DNA of 64,000 nucleotides from Methylobacter sp. (GCF_030680395.1 NZ_JAUXVR010000009.1:39931-103930), one strand, 5' to 3'. Positions 46,035 through 55,684 are shown, counted from the stretch's first letter. Notes: generated by a model not told the origin, from the sequence alone. Made by a program: numbers and translations.

Positions 46035-47345
46035 TCATCCGACAACCCTTAATCCAACCTCTCGCAACACACGTACAATAAATTTTGGATTACCCAACAC
46101 GTATCTCCGCCACATTCTTCCAGGTTCCCGCAACAACCTGTATACCCATTCAATACCCAGCCGGCGCATCCAAACCGGTGCCCGGTGAACTTCGCTACAA
46201 AGGAAATCAAAGAGCGCTCCAACCCCCCATGCAGACAATGTAACTTCCGGCACCAATCGTTCGATCCAGCGTTCCTGCAAGCCATTGCCCATTGCAACAA
46301 GAACAAGAGTAGGCTTAGCTGCCCTTATCCTGTCTATAACCTGCCTTTCTTCCGCTTTGGAAAAAAATCCGTGTTGATAGCCGACTATAGTGTGATGAAG
46401 CCAACGCTTAGCGAAAACATCTGCACAACGGCTAGCCACATCTGCGTTAGCGCCCAGTAGAAAAATACGTAAAGGCGTGTGGCAATGATCGAGAAAATAG
46501 GGAGTGAAATCGGTACCGTTAAGGTTGTCTGGAAACGCTTGCCGATAAAGCAGTTTGCTGGCCAAGTTGATGCCCGATCCATCGTTAAGCAGTAAAAACC
46601 GGTTGAGCATGTTTCGAAGCCGGGTATCTTCATAGGCAACATTTGCAAGATTGGCATTCAAAAAAGCCAATCGCACCGGAATCTTCTGCTTGAGTCTGGA
46701 CTCAAGCAGGGCTAAAGCTTCCTCGCGCGTCATCGCGCTAACATTTAATCCAAAGATTTCACAGCCTTCAACCGAAAGCGAATCAGGGCTGGTTTGTTCC
46801 TCAAGCACCGGAATCCTCTGCTTGAGTATTGACTCAAGCTGAGCTAAAACTTCCCCACACATGATCACGGCAGCATCTAAATCGATGACTTCACGGCTTT
46901 CAACCGAAAGCGAATCAGGACTGGTTTGTTCCTCAAGCACCGGAACTCTCTGTTTGAGCTTGGACTCAAGCCGGGTTAAAACTTCCCCACACGTAATTAC
47001 GGCAGCATCTAAATCCAAGACGCCACGGCGCGAATCAGGGCTGGGTTGATCCTCAATCATCGGAATCCTCTGCTTGAGTATTGATTCAAGCTGAGCTAAA
47101 ACTTCTCCGCACGTAATCACCGCAGTATCTAAATTCAAGACGCCACGGCTTTCAACCGAAAGCGAATCCGTGCTGGTTTGTTCCTCAAGCACCGGAACTC
47201 TCTGTTTGAGCCTGGACTCAAGCCGGGCTAAAACTTCCTCACGCATCATCACGGCAACCTCTAAATTCAAGACTCCGCGGCTTTTAACCGCAAACGAATC
47301 GGGCCCGGTTTGTTTATCATTCACTAGCAGGGTATTTTTATTCAT
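46035..47345 (-). CDS. WecB/TagA/CpsF-family glycosyltransferase with a tandemly repeated N-terminal extension
   Basis: The C-terminal ~240 aa are the family core (FLNANLANVA...DGSGINLAS...FLLGA...LVAMGNGLQERW...GVGALFDF). The N-terminal ~190 aa are about four extra copies of the first ~44-aa unit. Confidence 0.8.
   Translation of the reverse strand: MNKNTLLVNDKQTGPDSFAVKSRGVLNLEVAVMMREEVLARLESRLKQRVPVLEEQTSTDSLSVESRGVLNLDTAVITCGEVLAQLESILKQRIPMIEDQPSPDSRRGVLDLDAAVITCGEVLTRLESKLKQRVPVLEEQTSPDSLSVESREVIDLDAAVIMCGEVLAQLESILKQRIPVLEEQTSPDSLSVEGCEIFGLNVSAMTREEALALLESRLKQKIPVRLAFLNANLANVAYEDTRLRNMLNRFLLLNDGSGINLASKLLYRQAFPDNLNGTDFTPYFLDHCHTPLRIFLLGANADVASRCADVFAKRWLHHTIVGYQHGFFSKAEERQVIDRIRAAKPTLVLVAMGNGLQERWIERLVPEVTLSAWGVGALFDFLCSEVHRAPVWMRRLGIEWVYRLLREPGRMWRRYVLGNPKFIVRVLREVGLRVVG
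46650..47300. repeat. about 132-bp in-frame tandem repeats (roughly 4-5 units, alternating a/b subtypes)
   Basis: The units encode V(L/I)(N/D)L(D/E).AV...(E/G)EVL..LES.LKQR(I/V)P...EEQTSPDSLSVES. Subtype a reads GGAATCCTCTGCTTGAGTATTGA and subtype b reads GGAACTCTCTGTTTGAGC, and they alternate. Confidence 0.85.
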
Positions 47346-47420
47346 AACATCTCTTTAATATTGCGATCGCACTGCTGTCCCAATATGCGCAAGTCAAAAT
47401 CCTGTGACTGAGTGTAAAAA

Positions 47421-48347
47421 CTAATACAGCCTGAACATTTGCAAGCCAAGGGCATGACGAAATTTTCCAGTATTCAGCCAAAACTTGAATGCGCATTTAA
47501 GCGCCAGATCTTTACGAAATGGCAAGCAAACCGCCGTAAATGCCAGAAAAACCGGTATCTTGATCAAGGCCATCAGGTAAGTTTGAATGCGCGAGGAAAA
47601 AGAGGTCCGCGCAATGATAATGCTGGCGTAGGTCTGGCCGCCTCGCATGTATCGCCTATATAAATGACCGATACGCAAGCGTTCCGGCGGAACGGCTTCA
47701 TACAGCTTGGCGTTTTCAGATGCCAGCAATACCGCACCGGAAGCATGAAGCCTTGCAAAAAAATCCGTATCCTCTCCACCCGACCGGCCAAACTCTTCCC
47801 GAAATCGTAAGCCAAGCCGTTCAATACTTTCCCGACGGACTATCGCATTGCATGTTGAACCCGTATTGACTTGACTACCGTGCAAGCCCACTCTCTTTAC
47901 AAAGGGCGCTGCCTTACAGACCCAGTTGGGAGCCGTGTCAGGAAACATTGCATCAATGGGCCCAAAAATAGCATCGGCCCCAGAATCTTCGGCCTGCTTA
48001 ATGAAATTGACCAGCCAATCGGCATCGGCCCACTCGTCGTCGTCAATGAAAGCCAGATAATCGCCATTTGCCGCATTAAGACACGCATTACGTGCAACAG
48101 AGATATTGCCGGCCGCGGAAATAACGACCCGAATAGCAAACGGCCAACCGGTTTCCCCGGCCAGCATTAGGCCGACAGCGCCATTTGCGCTGTCATCGGC
48201 AATGACAACATCGATTGTCGTATCCACCGGTACGCGACAAGCGGCAATGGAACGCAGCGCAATCAATAGCGACGGCCGCCCTATGCTGGCGATGCAGACC
48301 GTCACACTCAGCGCACGCGGTTTTCCAATACTCAATTGGTCATCCAT
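47421..48347 (-). CDS. glycosyltransferase family 2
   Basis: It has VTVCIASIGRP and FIDDDEWAD motifs and a C-terminal membrane segment. Confidence 0.82.
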   Translation of the reverse strand: MDDQLSIGKPRALSVTVCIASIGRPSLLIALRSIAACRVPVDTTIDVVIADDSANGAVGLMLAGETGWPFAIRVVISAAGNISVARNACLNAANGDYLAFIDDDEWADADWLVNFIKQAEDSGADAIFGPIDAMFPDTAPNWVCKAAPFVKRVGLHGSQVNTGSTCNAIVRRESIERLGLRFREEFGRSGGEDTDFFARLHASGAVLLASENAKLYEAVPPERLRIGHLYRRYMRGGQTYASIIIARTSFSSRIQTYLMALIKIPVFLAFTAVCLPFRKDLALKCAFKFWLNTGKFRHALGLQMFRLY

Positions 48348-48350
48348 AAA

Positions 48351-49016
48351 TCAATCTTTCCAATCATCAAAGCTGAACCGATACTTGCCCTTTTTCAAAT
48401 CTTCCTCAATGGACCGGAAAGGTTTCGCGGGAAATCCGGAAATGAGACTGCTATCGCACACAAGTTTAGAAAGGACGACCGATCCGAGCGCAACAATATT
48501 ATTGTTCCCTATGGATGTACCCGGAGAAAAGCGCACCGCAGAGCCGATGTAGTTATTATCGCCAATGCGGATATCTCTATCTTCAACGCTCAAGCCATGG
48601 GTCCAAAACTGACTGCCATGACCGGCAATCCAGCTGCCTTCACCGATAGAAATCTCGCCATAAACGTCGAAGAAATGCTCGTCCAGCACTAAAGAACGAG
48701 CGCCCAGCGTCAAACGAGGCGTGTAATGACGTCCCTTGAACCGATCCTGGGTAATATGCCAAGAGCAGGTAAAGCGGTTGCATTTTCCAATCCTGGCGCT
48801 ATCGCCGATTCGCACATCAATCGGCCCTTTGAACAAATTAAGCATTCCGATATTAACCTGCTCTCCCAATCGGAAACTCGATACCGCTATGACAGTAAGA
48901 AAGCCTGTTTTGGATGAAGCCGGAATTTCGTATCCCATCAAGACGCGATAAAACCACCGCCGTAAACCCGCTAACGGCATGGCAGAGATTAACGCTGCAA
49001 GCACTATTTTTTTCAA
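48351..49016 (-). CDS. left-handed beta-helix (hexapeptide-repeat) acetyltransferase
   Basis: Hexapeptide repeats are present (IGEGSWIAGHGSQF, IGDNNYIGSAVRF, IGNNNIVALGSVV). Confidence 0.75.
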   Translation of the reverse strand: MKKIVLAALISAMPLAGLRRWFYRVLMGYEIPASSKTGFLTVIAVSSFRLGEQVNIGMLNLFKGPIDVRIGDSARIGKCNRFTCSWHITQDRFKGRHYTPRLTLGARSLVLDEHFFDVYGEISIGEGSWIAGHGSQFWTHGLSVEDRDIRIGDNNYIGSAVRFSPGTSIGNNNIVALGSVVLSKLVCDSSLISGFPAKPFRSIEEDLKKGKYRFSFDDWKD

Positions 49017-49061
49017 TTTCTTCTCCTGGTTTTCATTAACAATATCAGGTAGTAACCTAAA

Positions 49062-50360
49062 TTAAGACTTTGCCTGCTCAACGGCAGGCTCACGCCAAGT
49101 TATGCCGCAACATAACAAAAACACCATCCAGAGTGGGACGTAGCTGCGGAACAGACTCGATTCCATCGTGTTGTTCAGCAATACAAACAACAAACAGGTC
49201 AATAGCAGCAGACCTGTAAGCCCGTCATGCCGCGCCAAGCGCAGGATGCTCAGGAACAAACCGATAGTCAGGACCGCTACTAATAAAAGGCCGACATAGC
49301 CCATCTCCAATACAACGTCAACGTAACCGTTATGGGCTTGTAACAGACCGGCAATAAAACCCTGGCCTAATGCTCGCGCTGCGTCTCCGACGCCCCAGAA
49401 AGAGCCGAAACCGTAGCCGACAAATGGCGCCTGATTAATGTAATAGCCGGCAAATGCCCAGATCTTGGTGCGTCCGGTGAATGTGGTATCGTGAAAAATG
49501 AGTTCCGATATGTCGCTGATGCCGAATGGAATGAGCAATGAGGCCGCTACAACCGCTACAGCAAAGGTTAAACACATGACGACTGCAATAGTGCGCGCCA
49601 GCGAGTCTTGTATCCTGGATAGGCTGACGATCAATCCCGCAAGCAGAGGGGTGACAATCATCAAACCTATAGAGGTTTTAGAATGGCTCACAACGCACAA
49701 ACCAACTGCCAGTAGCGCCAGAGCGGCAAATATCCAGCGCAAACGGCCTTGATGCCGGGCAGATGCATAGACGATAAAAAAGAAGCCCGTTGTAACAATC
49801 TGGCCCAAACCATTCTTCTGGGAATAGATGCCACGATAGCCAAAGTCCGGGACACCCAATAACGGCAGTATGAGCACGTTGATTATGATCACAGCGGCAA
49901 AAATCCAGCATACTTTGTCGAGTATCTGTTGCCGGTCAACAACCATGATAAAGGGGGCAACCACACAAAATAACAATAATGCCTGTTGCATTGAGCGTCG
50001 CAGACTGATTGCCGGCACATCGCTCCAAAAAGCGCTAACTATCTCCAGCAGCAGATACGCAAACAGCAAGAAGATATGCAAGCGCGCTCTTCTCAGCTCC
50101 TTGTTACCTGTGTTCGCCCAAAAGTAACCAACCATTCCTGTCAGCACAAGCCACACGATCTTATTGCTCGCGGTTCCCTCAGATACAGTCTGATTAATGC
50201 CCGAGCCAAACTCAGTCTCCGCTGTCGCGGAGAACATCAGCAACGGCGCGATAATCAACGCATAGGCAAACGCCAGCGGAGCAATCCATGACACAATCGC
50301 ACTAGGAATATTTTTTAGGCTGTCTTCCAGGAGATTCCCGTTGTTCAATTTATTTGTCAT
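49062..50360 (-). CDS. O-antigen ligase/polymerase-like (Wzy-type) membrane protein
   Basis: 432 aa and polytopic, with an O-antigen-ligase-like loop (SHSKTSIGL...). The position matches exosortase-associated polymerase genes. Confidence 0.65.
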   Translation of the reverse strand: MTNKLNNGNLLEDSLKNIPSAIVSWIAPLAFAYALIIAPLLMFSATAETEFGSGINQTVSEGTASNKIVWLVLTGMVGYFWANTGNKELRRARLHIFLLFAYLLLEIVSAFWSDVPAISLRRSMQQALLLFCVVAPFIMVVDRQQILDKVCWIFAAVIIINVLILPLLGVPDFGYRGIYSQKNGLGQIVTTGFFFIVYASARHQGRLRWIFAALALLAVGLCVVSHSKTSIGLMIVTPLLAGLIVSLSRIQDSLARTIAVVMCLTFAVAVVAASLLIPFGISDISELIFHDTTFTGRTKIWAFAGYYINQAPFVGYGFGSFWGVGDAARALGQGFIAGLLQAHNGYVDVVLEMGYVGLLLVAVLTIGLFLSILRLARHDGLTGLLLLTCLLFVLLNNTMESSLFRSYVPLWMVFLLCCGITWREPAVEQAKS

Positions 50361-51609
50361 GAGAATCCTTGCTTACGTTCGTGAACCTGGTTCGCGCCAA
50401 GATATAAAATATACCGGCCGCCGCAACGGCTTCACCGGCAATGACTGATGTTACGGCCCACTCCGGCACGCCAGCCAAACACACACCCAGGAGCACCCCC
50501 ATTGAAGCGACAGCCCCTATGATTGTCGTTAGCGCAAGCTGTTTGAACTTCCGGCAGGCCTGCACTCCCACCCCGCAGACGGAGCGTATTTGAAAAAGCA
50601 GCGTAGCAAGCGCCCACAGCATGACCGTTAAGACCACACCGGAATATTTATCGCCAAAAAAGTGCTGATTCAGAAAAGGCCATGCGAACCATAGCGCGGT
50701 CGAGAAAGCAATATTCAATACGATGAAGCTGAGTACAGATATGCCCAGTAAACGGAAAAACTGACCCGAATTGCTTTCTTCTGCCAATACGGAAAGATGC
50801 GGCCTGGCAACACGACTCCACGCGGAAGCAACCAGATTAAGCGGCCCGAAAAAAACGCGTCCCGCCTGGATATTCCCAACGGCTGCTGTGCCAAAGATTG
50901 CTCCAACGACAAAAACATAGCCTCGGTTCTGAGCCTCCGTTGTTGCAACGCCTATCAAGCTCCAGGAAGCTTCTTTCCATACTCCGGGATACAGTTCCTT
51001 ACATGTTTGCCACGGACTTTGCAGGATACTGCGTATTTCGCCTATGAAAGAAGGCAGCATAACCATCAGGTTTGCTAAAGCCAGTGCATTCAAACAAAAT
51101 GAAAGAGAAAACGCATGAGGTTCAAGATACAGATACGCATAAACAAACTCGGCAGCAGCCATAATCGCAAAAAATCCATCATCGATTAATACCGATTTGA
51201 GCCTGCCAACCACTATGGCCCGATTTCGAAGATATTCCCGAAATAAACTGGTAGCCAAATAAAATCCAATTGCAGTAATTGTTGGCATGCCCCAGTCTAA
51301 CTCCGGGAATATGGCGAACAAAAAACTGCTCAAAAACGCGACAATGCAAATCAAAATATTGACGACTGAAAATAATGTCCGAAGCTGCTTTTTTCTTACT
51401 CCGGATGTTACGGTAGGCAGCATTACAGAGGCGGGCGTATTCACCATGGCATTCTGAATGCCGACCAGTAAAAATCCCACCGACAGGATAATCCCGAACT
51501 TGCCGTATTCCTGTGGACTCCATGCTTTGATAAGAACCAAGTTCAATGCAAAGTTGAATGCTGAAACCAAGCCTTGATCCACAATTGAAATTGCAACGCG
51601 CTTTTTCAA
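50350..51609 (-). CDS. oligosaccharide flippase (Wzx / polysaccharide biosynthesis protein family)
   Basis: 419 aa and polytopic (about 12 TM). The N-terminus is Wzx-like (IVDQGLVSAFNFALNLVLIK). Confidence 0.7.
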   Translation of the reverse strand: MKKRVAISIVDQGLVSAFNFALNLVLIKAWSPQEYGKFGIILSVGFLLVGIQNAMVNTPASVMLPTVTSGVRKKQLRTLFSVVNILICIVAFLSSFLFAIFPELDWGMPTITAIGFYLATSLFREYLRNRAIVVGRLKSVLIDDGFFAIMAAAEFVYAYLYLEPHAFSLSFCLNALALANLMVMLPSFIGEIRSILQSPWQTCKELYPGVWKEASWSLIGVATTEAQNRGYVFVVGAIFGTAAVGNIQAGRVFFGPLNLVASAWSRVARPHLSVLAEESNSGQFFRLLGISVLSFIVLNIAFSTALWFAWPFLNQHFFGDKYSGVVLTVMLWALATLLFQIRSVCGVGVQACRKFKQLALTTIIGAVASMGVLLGVCLAGVPEWAVTSVIAGEAVAAAGIFYILARTRFTNVSKDSHDK

Positions 51610-51705
51610 AACCAGACCCCGCCGACCTTTCTCTGAGCATTAACCGGCCGACAACCAGCGCTCCAGGATACGGGGAGAATGTTATGCTGCATCTGCATTA
51701 CCATT

Positions 51706-52446
51706 TCATTCATAGGCTTCATTGCTGTTATAAAAAGTACTGCCAATCAGGCGTTTCCGATTTTCAGGGGATAGCGCCTTCAAAAGCGCCTTGATGAAAT
51801 CTTCCTGCGCCGGATAAGCCACAGCCTCATCGCCCAGACTGGAAACCCGGAAAACCATGCCATCGGGGACTTTCCCGGTCAGGCCGTATTTCAATTGTGC
51901 CAGTTTCCATTGACGACTGTTGATAGTCATTGTGTCCCCTATTGTTATCCAATAGGTGACTGGCTCGACTCTAGCGCCTTGAATTGCCAACATCCGTTTG
52001 ACCGGAACAGTTCCAAAACCCGTATTAAAAATACCGGCCACGTTCTTTAGTATCTGAAACCCTTGAGCGCTGTAACAGACTTCGGGCTTGTGGACCTGCA
52101 TCATGTCGCTTTGATCATTTCCATAAGCAATCGACAGCATGATTCGCCTGCCTTCATCGTCGATATAAGCCCGCGACAGGGTCTGACTATAAAGTTTATT
52201 TATCAAGGACTGCCTGACGGGATTCACTAACGGATATATCAAGCTGTCGTCCTCTCGCCAATGGCCAAATTGCTTGGGAAACATAGTTTCCAGGTTAATT
52301 TGCGTTTGTTGTTCCGCTATTTTTTGCACCGGCTTTAAGAGCACAGCAACGTACGCCGTCAACAGCATCAACATCAACATAGTTAAAGCTCTAAGCTGGA
52401 ACGGTCGAGTGCTTGTGACCGGCAATTGAGAGTGTCTGATTTCCAT
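51706..52446 (-). CDS. EpsI-family exosortase-associated protein
   Basis: 246 aa with an N-terminal TM helix, then FPKQFGHWRE... (EpsI-like periplasmic domain). It lies immediately downstream of the exosortase gene. Confidence 0.75.
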   Translation of the reverse strand: MEIRHSQLPVTSTRPFQLRALTMLMLMLLTAYVAVLLKPVQKIAEQQTQINLETMFPKQFGHWREDDSLIYPLVNPVRQSLINKLYSQTLSRAYIDDEGRRIMLSIAYGNDQSDMMQVHKPEVCYSAQGFQILKNVAGIFNTGFGTVPVKRMLAIQGARVEPVTYWITIGDTMTINSRQWKLAQLKYGLTGKVPDGMVFRVSSLGDEAVAYPAQEDFIKALLKALSPENRKRLIGSTFYNSNEAYE

Positions 52447-52465
52447 GGTGATCTTTGCGCCAGGC

Positions 52466-53356
52466 TTAAATCTTGGTTGTCAGGCTTGGCGGCACAAAAA
52501 CCGGCTCTGGAAATATTTTTCTCAGCAAGCTGTCCAGGCTAAAAAACACCAGCATTGCCACTGTAAACATAATAATTCCAGCCGCGTTATGCAGAACCCC
52601 TTGCCCCGCTTCATCGCCTAAATGGTAAGTTATCAGGACCAGTAAAATAACCCGCACCACGTTGGCAAAGAAGGCGACCGGTATAATGCTCAAAAACAAA
52701 AACAGGCGGTGTTTCCAGTTTTTGTAGGCGCTCAGGTGCTGATAGAGCAAGCCTACGGCTGATAATGAAAATAGCGTGTGTAATCCTGAGCAGGCATCGG
52801 CAACCAAAAGCTGATACTTACCGATCAGCAAAGATACACCGACCCGGGCAATGGGGTATCCAGCCCAATAAAGGATCTGTTCCGCTATCAAGGATATTAT
52901 CTGCTTTAATGGTCCAGTGATTTCATCAACCAGAAATCCAGGCAGGGGAATCATAAAGACGACAAATAACAGAGGAAATAATACCTGCTTAACCGCATCA
53001 ATTCCTACGGTAATAAGTAGGCTGCCCCCCACCACAAAAATGATAGAACCGATTTCAAATATCAAGATTTCCTGGGAACGACCCACTGCGTAAAACAACA
53101 GTCCTGATAGCAATACCAGACTGCCTGACCATAAATTACTGGTGTTAGTCGATGCGATGAATAAACGACGCTTTTGCCAAAACAAGTAAACCGTTACCGC
53201 CAATATAAAAGGTCCATGCCCCTGCTCTTCTTTGTTCCAGAGGCCGCAGGCCAGGTCGTAAAAAGTCGGCACATATAAAACCGCCAAACCTAACAGCACC
53301 GGCCAAGCCATTTTAATGCCGCAATCTCGACACCATTCTGATACAGAGGTCATCAC
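52466..53356 (-). CDS. exosortase (EpsH/XrtA-like)
   Basis: 296 aa and polytopic. The conserved exosortase motif reads VADACSGLHTLFSL and a downstream Arg region reads FFANVVRVILL. Confidence 0.85.
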   Translation of the reverse strand: MMTSVSEWCRDCGIKMAWPVLLGLAVLYVPTFYDLACGLWNKEEQGHGPFILAVTVYLFWQKRRLFIASTNTSNLWSGSLVLLSGLLFYAVGRSQEILIFEIGSIIFVVGGSLLITVGIDAVKQVLFPLLFVVFMIPLPGFLVDEITGPLKQIISLIAEQILYWAGYPIARVGVSLLIGKYQLLVADACSGLHTLFSLSAVGLLYQHLSAYKNWKHRLFLFLSIIPVAFFANVVRVILLVLITYHLGDEAGQGVLHNAAGIIMFTVAMLVFFSLDSLLRKIFPEPVFVPPSLTTKI

Positions 53357-53369
53357 CGATAGTTTCCGC

Positions 53370-54266
53370 TTAGTTCATTACCACGCCGAGCAGTTCTGCT
53401 CCGGTGGTGAAAAGCTGGCTTTTAACCCGTAATGCATCGGCCATCCGGGTTTGGTCACGACGAACAACCAGAACGCAACAGCCGGCCCGTGCTGCAACAA
53501 TTTGTGCATCGGCATTGTCCAATGCGGGCGGAGTATCACAAATAATGCTGTCGTATTTTTGCCCGACGGCTTCCAGCATCTGGCTAAAACTTGTGCGACT
53601 GAGAAGCTCTTGGGGATTAGGCGGTAAAGCCCCGGCACAGAGAATTGAGAGATTGGCAAAGGGTTTAACAGGTGTGATGGCATCGGAATAATGAATGCGG
53701 CCTGCCAGTACACTGGATAATCCCAGTTGATTGTCCAATCCGAATAGCTGGTGTTGGTTAGGGTTACGTAAGTTGGCATCTATCAGCAAGGTTCGCTCAC
53801 CCAACTGCGAAATTTCAATGGCCAAGTTGGCAGCAAGCTGGCTGCTTCCATCTTCATGCTGGGTGCTTATTAAAGCCAGCGCTTTTCTATGTCCGCCAAA
53901 CCAGCGCAGCATAAGTTGGCTACGCAGGGCGCGCAAAGCTTCGCACTGACTGCTATTTGGCTGATAAGCGGCAAACAGCTCCGAACTTAAACCGCTCTCG
54001 TTATCAACCTGCAAGCAAGAGTAATCGAACTGACGGGCAAGCGCGCGTAAAATATCATCTTCTTTAAGCAAGCCAAGGCGAAGAGCTGCTTCGCCGAAAC
54101 GCAAATGATATTCGCGCTGCACTTGTGAAATTTGTTCAATGCTTTGTTCCGTCAACTTACCTGACGCAACCAGCAATTTGCCGATTTTGGTATCAACCGG
54201 CGGCATGAAAGGTCTGTCCAGGATATTTTCAACTACGCTATTCATATTAAATTTTCCAAAATTCAT
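53370..54266 (-). CDS. EpsG-like BY-kinase-fold protein with MshEN-like N-terminal domain and degenerate Walker A
   Basis: Walker A' is LLIDANLRNP and Walker B is SIICDTPP. The Walker A position reads ISTQHEDGSSQ, with no GK[ST]. The N-terminus reads KIGKLLVASGKLTEQSIEQISQVQ-REYHL-RFGEAALRLGLLKEDDILRALARQ. Confidence 0.75.
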   Translation of the reverse strand: MNFGKFNMNSVVENILDRPFMPPVDTKIGKLLVASGKLTEQSIEQISQVQREYHLRFGEAALRLGLLKEDDILRALARQFDYSCLQVDNESGLSSELFAAYQPNSSQCEALRALRSQLMLRWFGGHRKALALISTQHEDGSSQLAANLAIEISQLGERTLLIDANLRNPNQHQLFGLDNQLGLSSVLAGRIHYSDAITPVKPFANLSILCAGALPPNPQELLSRTSFSQMLEAVGQKYDSIICDTPPALDNADAQIVAARAGCCVLVVRRDQTRMADALRVKSQLFTTGAELLGVVMN

Positions 54267-54298
54267 CTGGCTTTTAGTAGGAACAAGGCTAGCCCTGT

Positions 54299-55681
54299 TT
54301 AAGGGTTACTCATGACGGGTATTTCTCCCAATACAACCAAGCCTAGTCCTTCAGAAATATCTTCCGTTGTACGCAAACGCCGATCAAACAGTTCCGCGAG
54401 CAGCGCAAAACCTGTACCCAGAAAAGTGCCTAGAAAGAGCGACAACAGCAAATTTAGCCGGGTTTTTGGACTGGCTGGTTTTAACGGGGGAACGGCCGGA
54501 TTAAGGACCGCGATATTACTTTGATCGATCTGGCTTTCTAAATGCACCTGGCCTGCACGTTGCGAAGCCGCATCATAAGCATTTTGTGCGTTCTCGACTT
54601 CTTTGGTAAGCACATCAAGCACGTCTCTTTGTTGTTTTAAATTAAAAATGCGTTGTTTTTGATTTTCCATCGCTTTTTGCAGTTCTTGTGCTCTGTGTTG
54701 GTCAATTTCTGCCGCTTGCCTTACCGATCCGATGGCATTATTGATCTCTACTTCCATTTTTGTGCGCAATGAAGCCAGTTCCGCGGCAGCGCTTTGATAT
54801 TGAGGATGTTTTTTTCCATAGCGCTCGCTAAGTTCGGCTAATTTAGCCCCCGCTTTTACAACATCCGACTTCATGCTTTGCAGCAATGTGTTGCCTAAAA
54901 GATCAGGCAGCTCCTGCAAATGTTTTTTTACGGTCGCCTGAGCCATTTGCCTTAACCGGGTTTGGCTATCGTAAACTTGCGCCTGAACAACAACCAGTTG
55001 ACTGGAAATCTCCGCCAGCCGGGCACTCTCTAAATCCAGCCTTTGACTATCAGCTGCAACAATGCCATGTTCACGTTGCGCTGTGGAGAGTTTTTCCTGC
55101 GCCGCCTGGACATCTTTTCTCAAGTTCAGAGTCTGTCCTTCAAACCATTCATTCTGGCGTTTTGCCGGCTCAACTTTAAGGTCCAGCACGGTTTGAATGT
55201 AAGCATCGCCAAAAGCATTAGCCAATGTAGCGGCAAATTGCGGTTCCTCACTGGTGTAATTTATGTGGATTATGCTGCTTTCTCTTGAAGGTTTAACATC
55301 CAGGCTTTTTAGTAAAGCGTCGGCCAGCCAATCCCGAATGGTACCTTCCTCATTTGTGGCTTCTATATATTGCTCCTTAACCTGAGCAATATCGGTCAGG
55401 TGTAACTGATCAACCACCCGCAAGGCGACAGCATGACTGGAAATAATATCAACCTGTGTCGCCATATAACCGGGTATTAATTGTGATATTACCTGTGAAG
55501 ATAGTGTAAGGCCGGTTAATGGATCGGCATTTTTACTATCGGTAACCACAGACACGGTTGCAATATAGCGTTTCGGTAAAAACAGGCTGACCGTCAAGGC
55601 AATCAAAAGAGTTATAGCCACAGTCAACAATAAAATATTTTTGTGCGCTCTAAGAATCAATAGTAATTGGTTAAATCTCAT
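54299..55681 (-). CDS. polysaccharide chain-length determinant (Wzz/EpsF-like, PCP family)
   Basis: 460 aa with an N-terminal TM helix, a long coiled-coil periplasmic region, a C-terminal TM helix and a PKTRLNLLLS region. Confidence 0.82.
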   Translation of the reverse strand: MRFNQLLLILRAHKNILLLTVAITLLIALTVSLFLPKRYIATVSVVTDSKNADPLTGLTLSSQVISQLIPGYMATQVDIISSHAVALRVVDQLHLTDIAQVKEQYIEATNEEGTIRDWLADALLKSLDVKPSRESSIIHINYTSEEPQFAATLANAFGDAYIQTVLDLKVEPAKRQNEWFEGQTLNLRKDVQAAQEKLSTAQREHGIVAADSQRLDLESARLAEISSQLVVVQAQVYDSQTRLRQMAQATVKKHLQELPDLLGNTLLQSMKSDVVKAGAKLAELSERYGKKHPQYQSAAAELASLRTKMEVEINNAIGSVRQAAEIDQHRAQELQKAMENQKQRIFNLKQQRDVLDVLTKEVENAQNAYDAASQRAGQVHLESQIDQSNIAVLNPAVPPLKPASPKTRLNLLLSLFLGTFLGTGFALLAELFDRRLRTTEDISEGLGLVVLGEIPVMSNP

Positions 55682-55684
55682 GAC

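Noticed and set aside
46650-47300. Checked whether the regular ~132-bp periodicity could be a CRISPR array.
   Set aside because: There are no unique spacers because the whole unit repeats. The period is far too long, all units are in frame within a glycosyltransferase ORF, and there are no cas genes. The REP cluster at 7986-8283 also fails because it consists of inverted palindromes without spacers.
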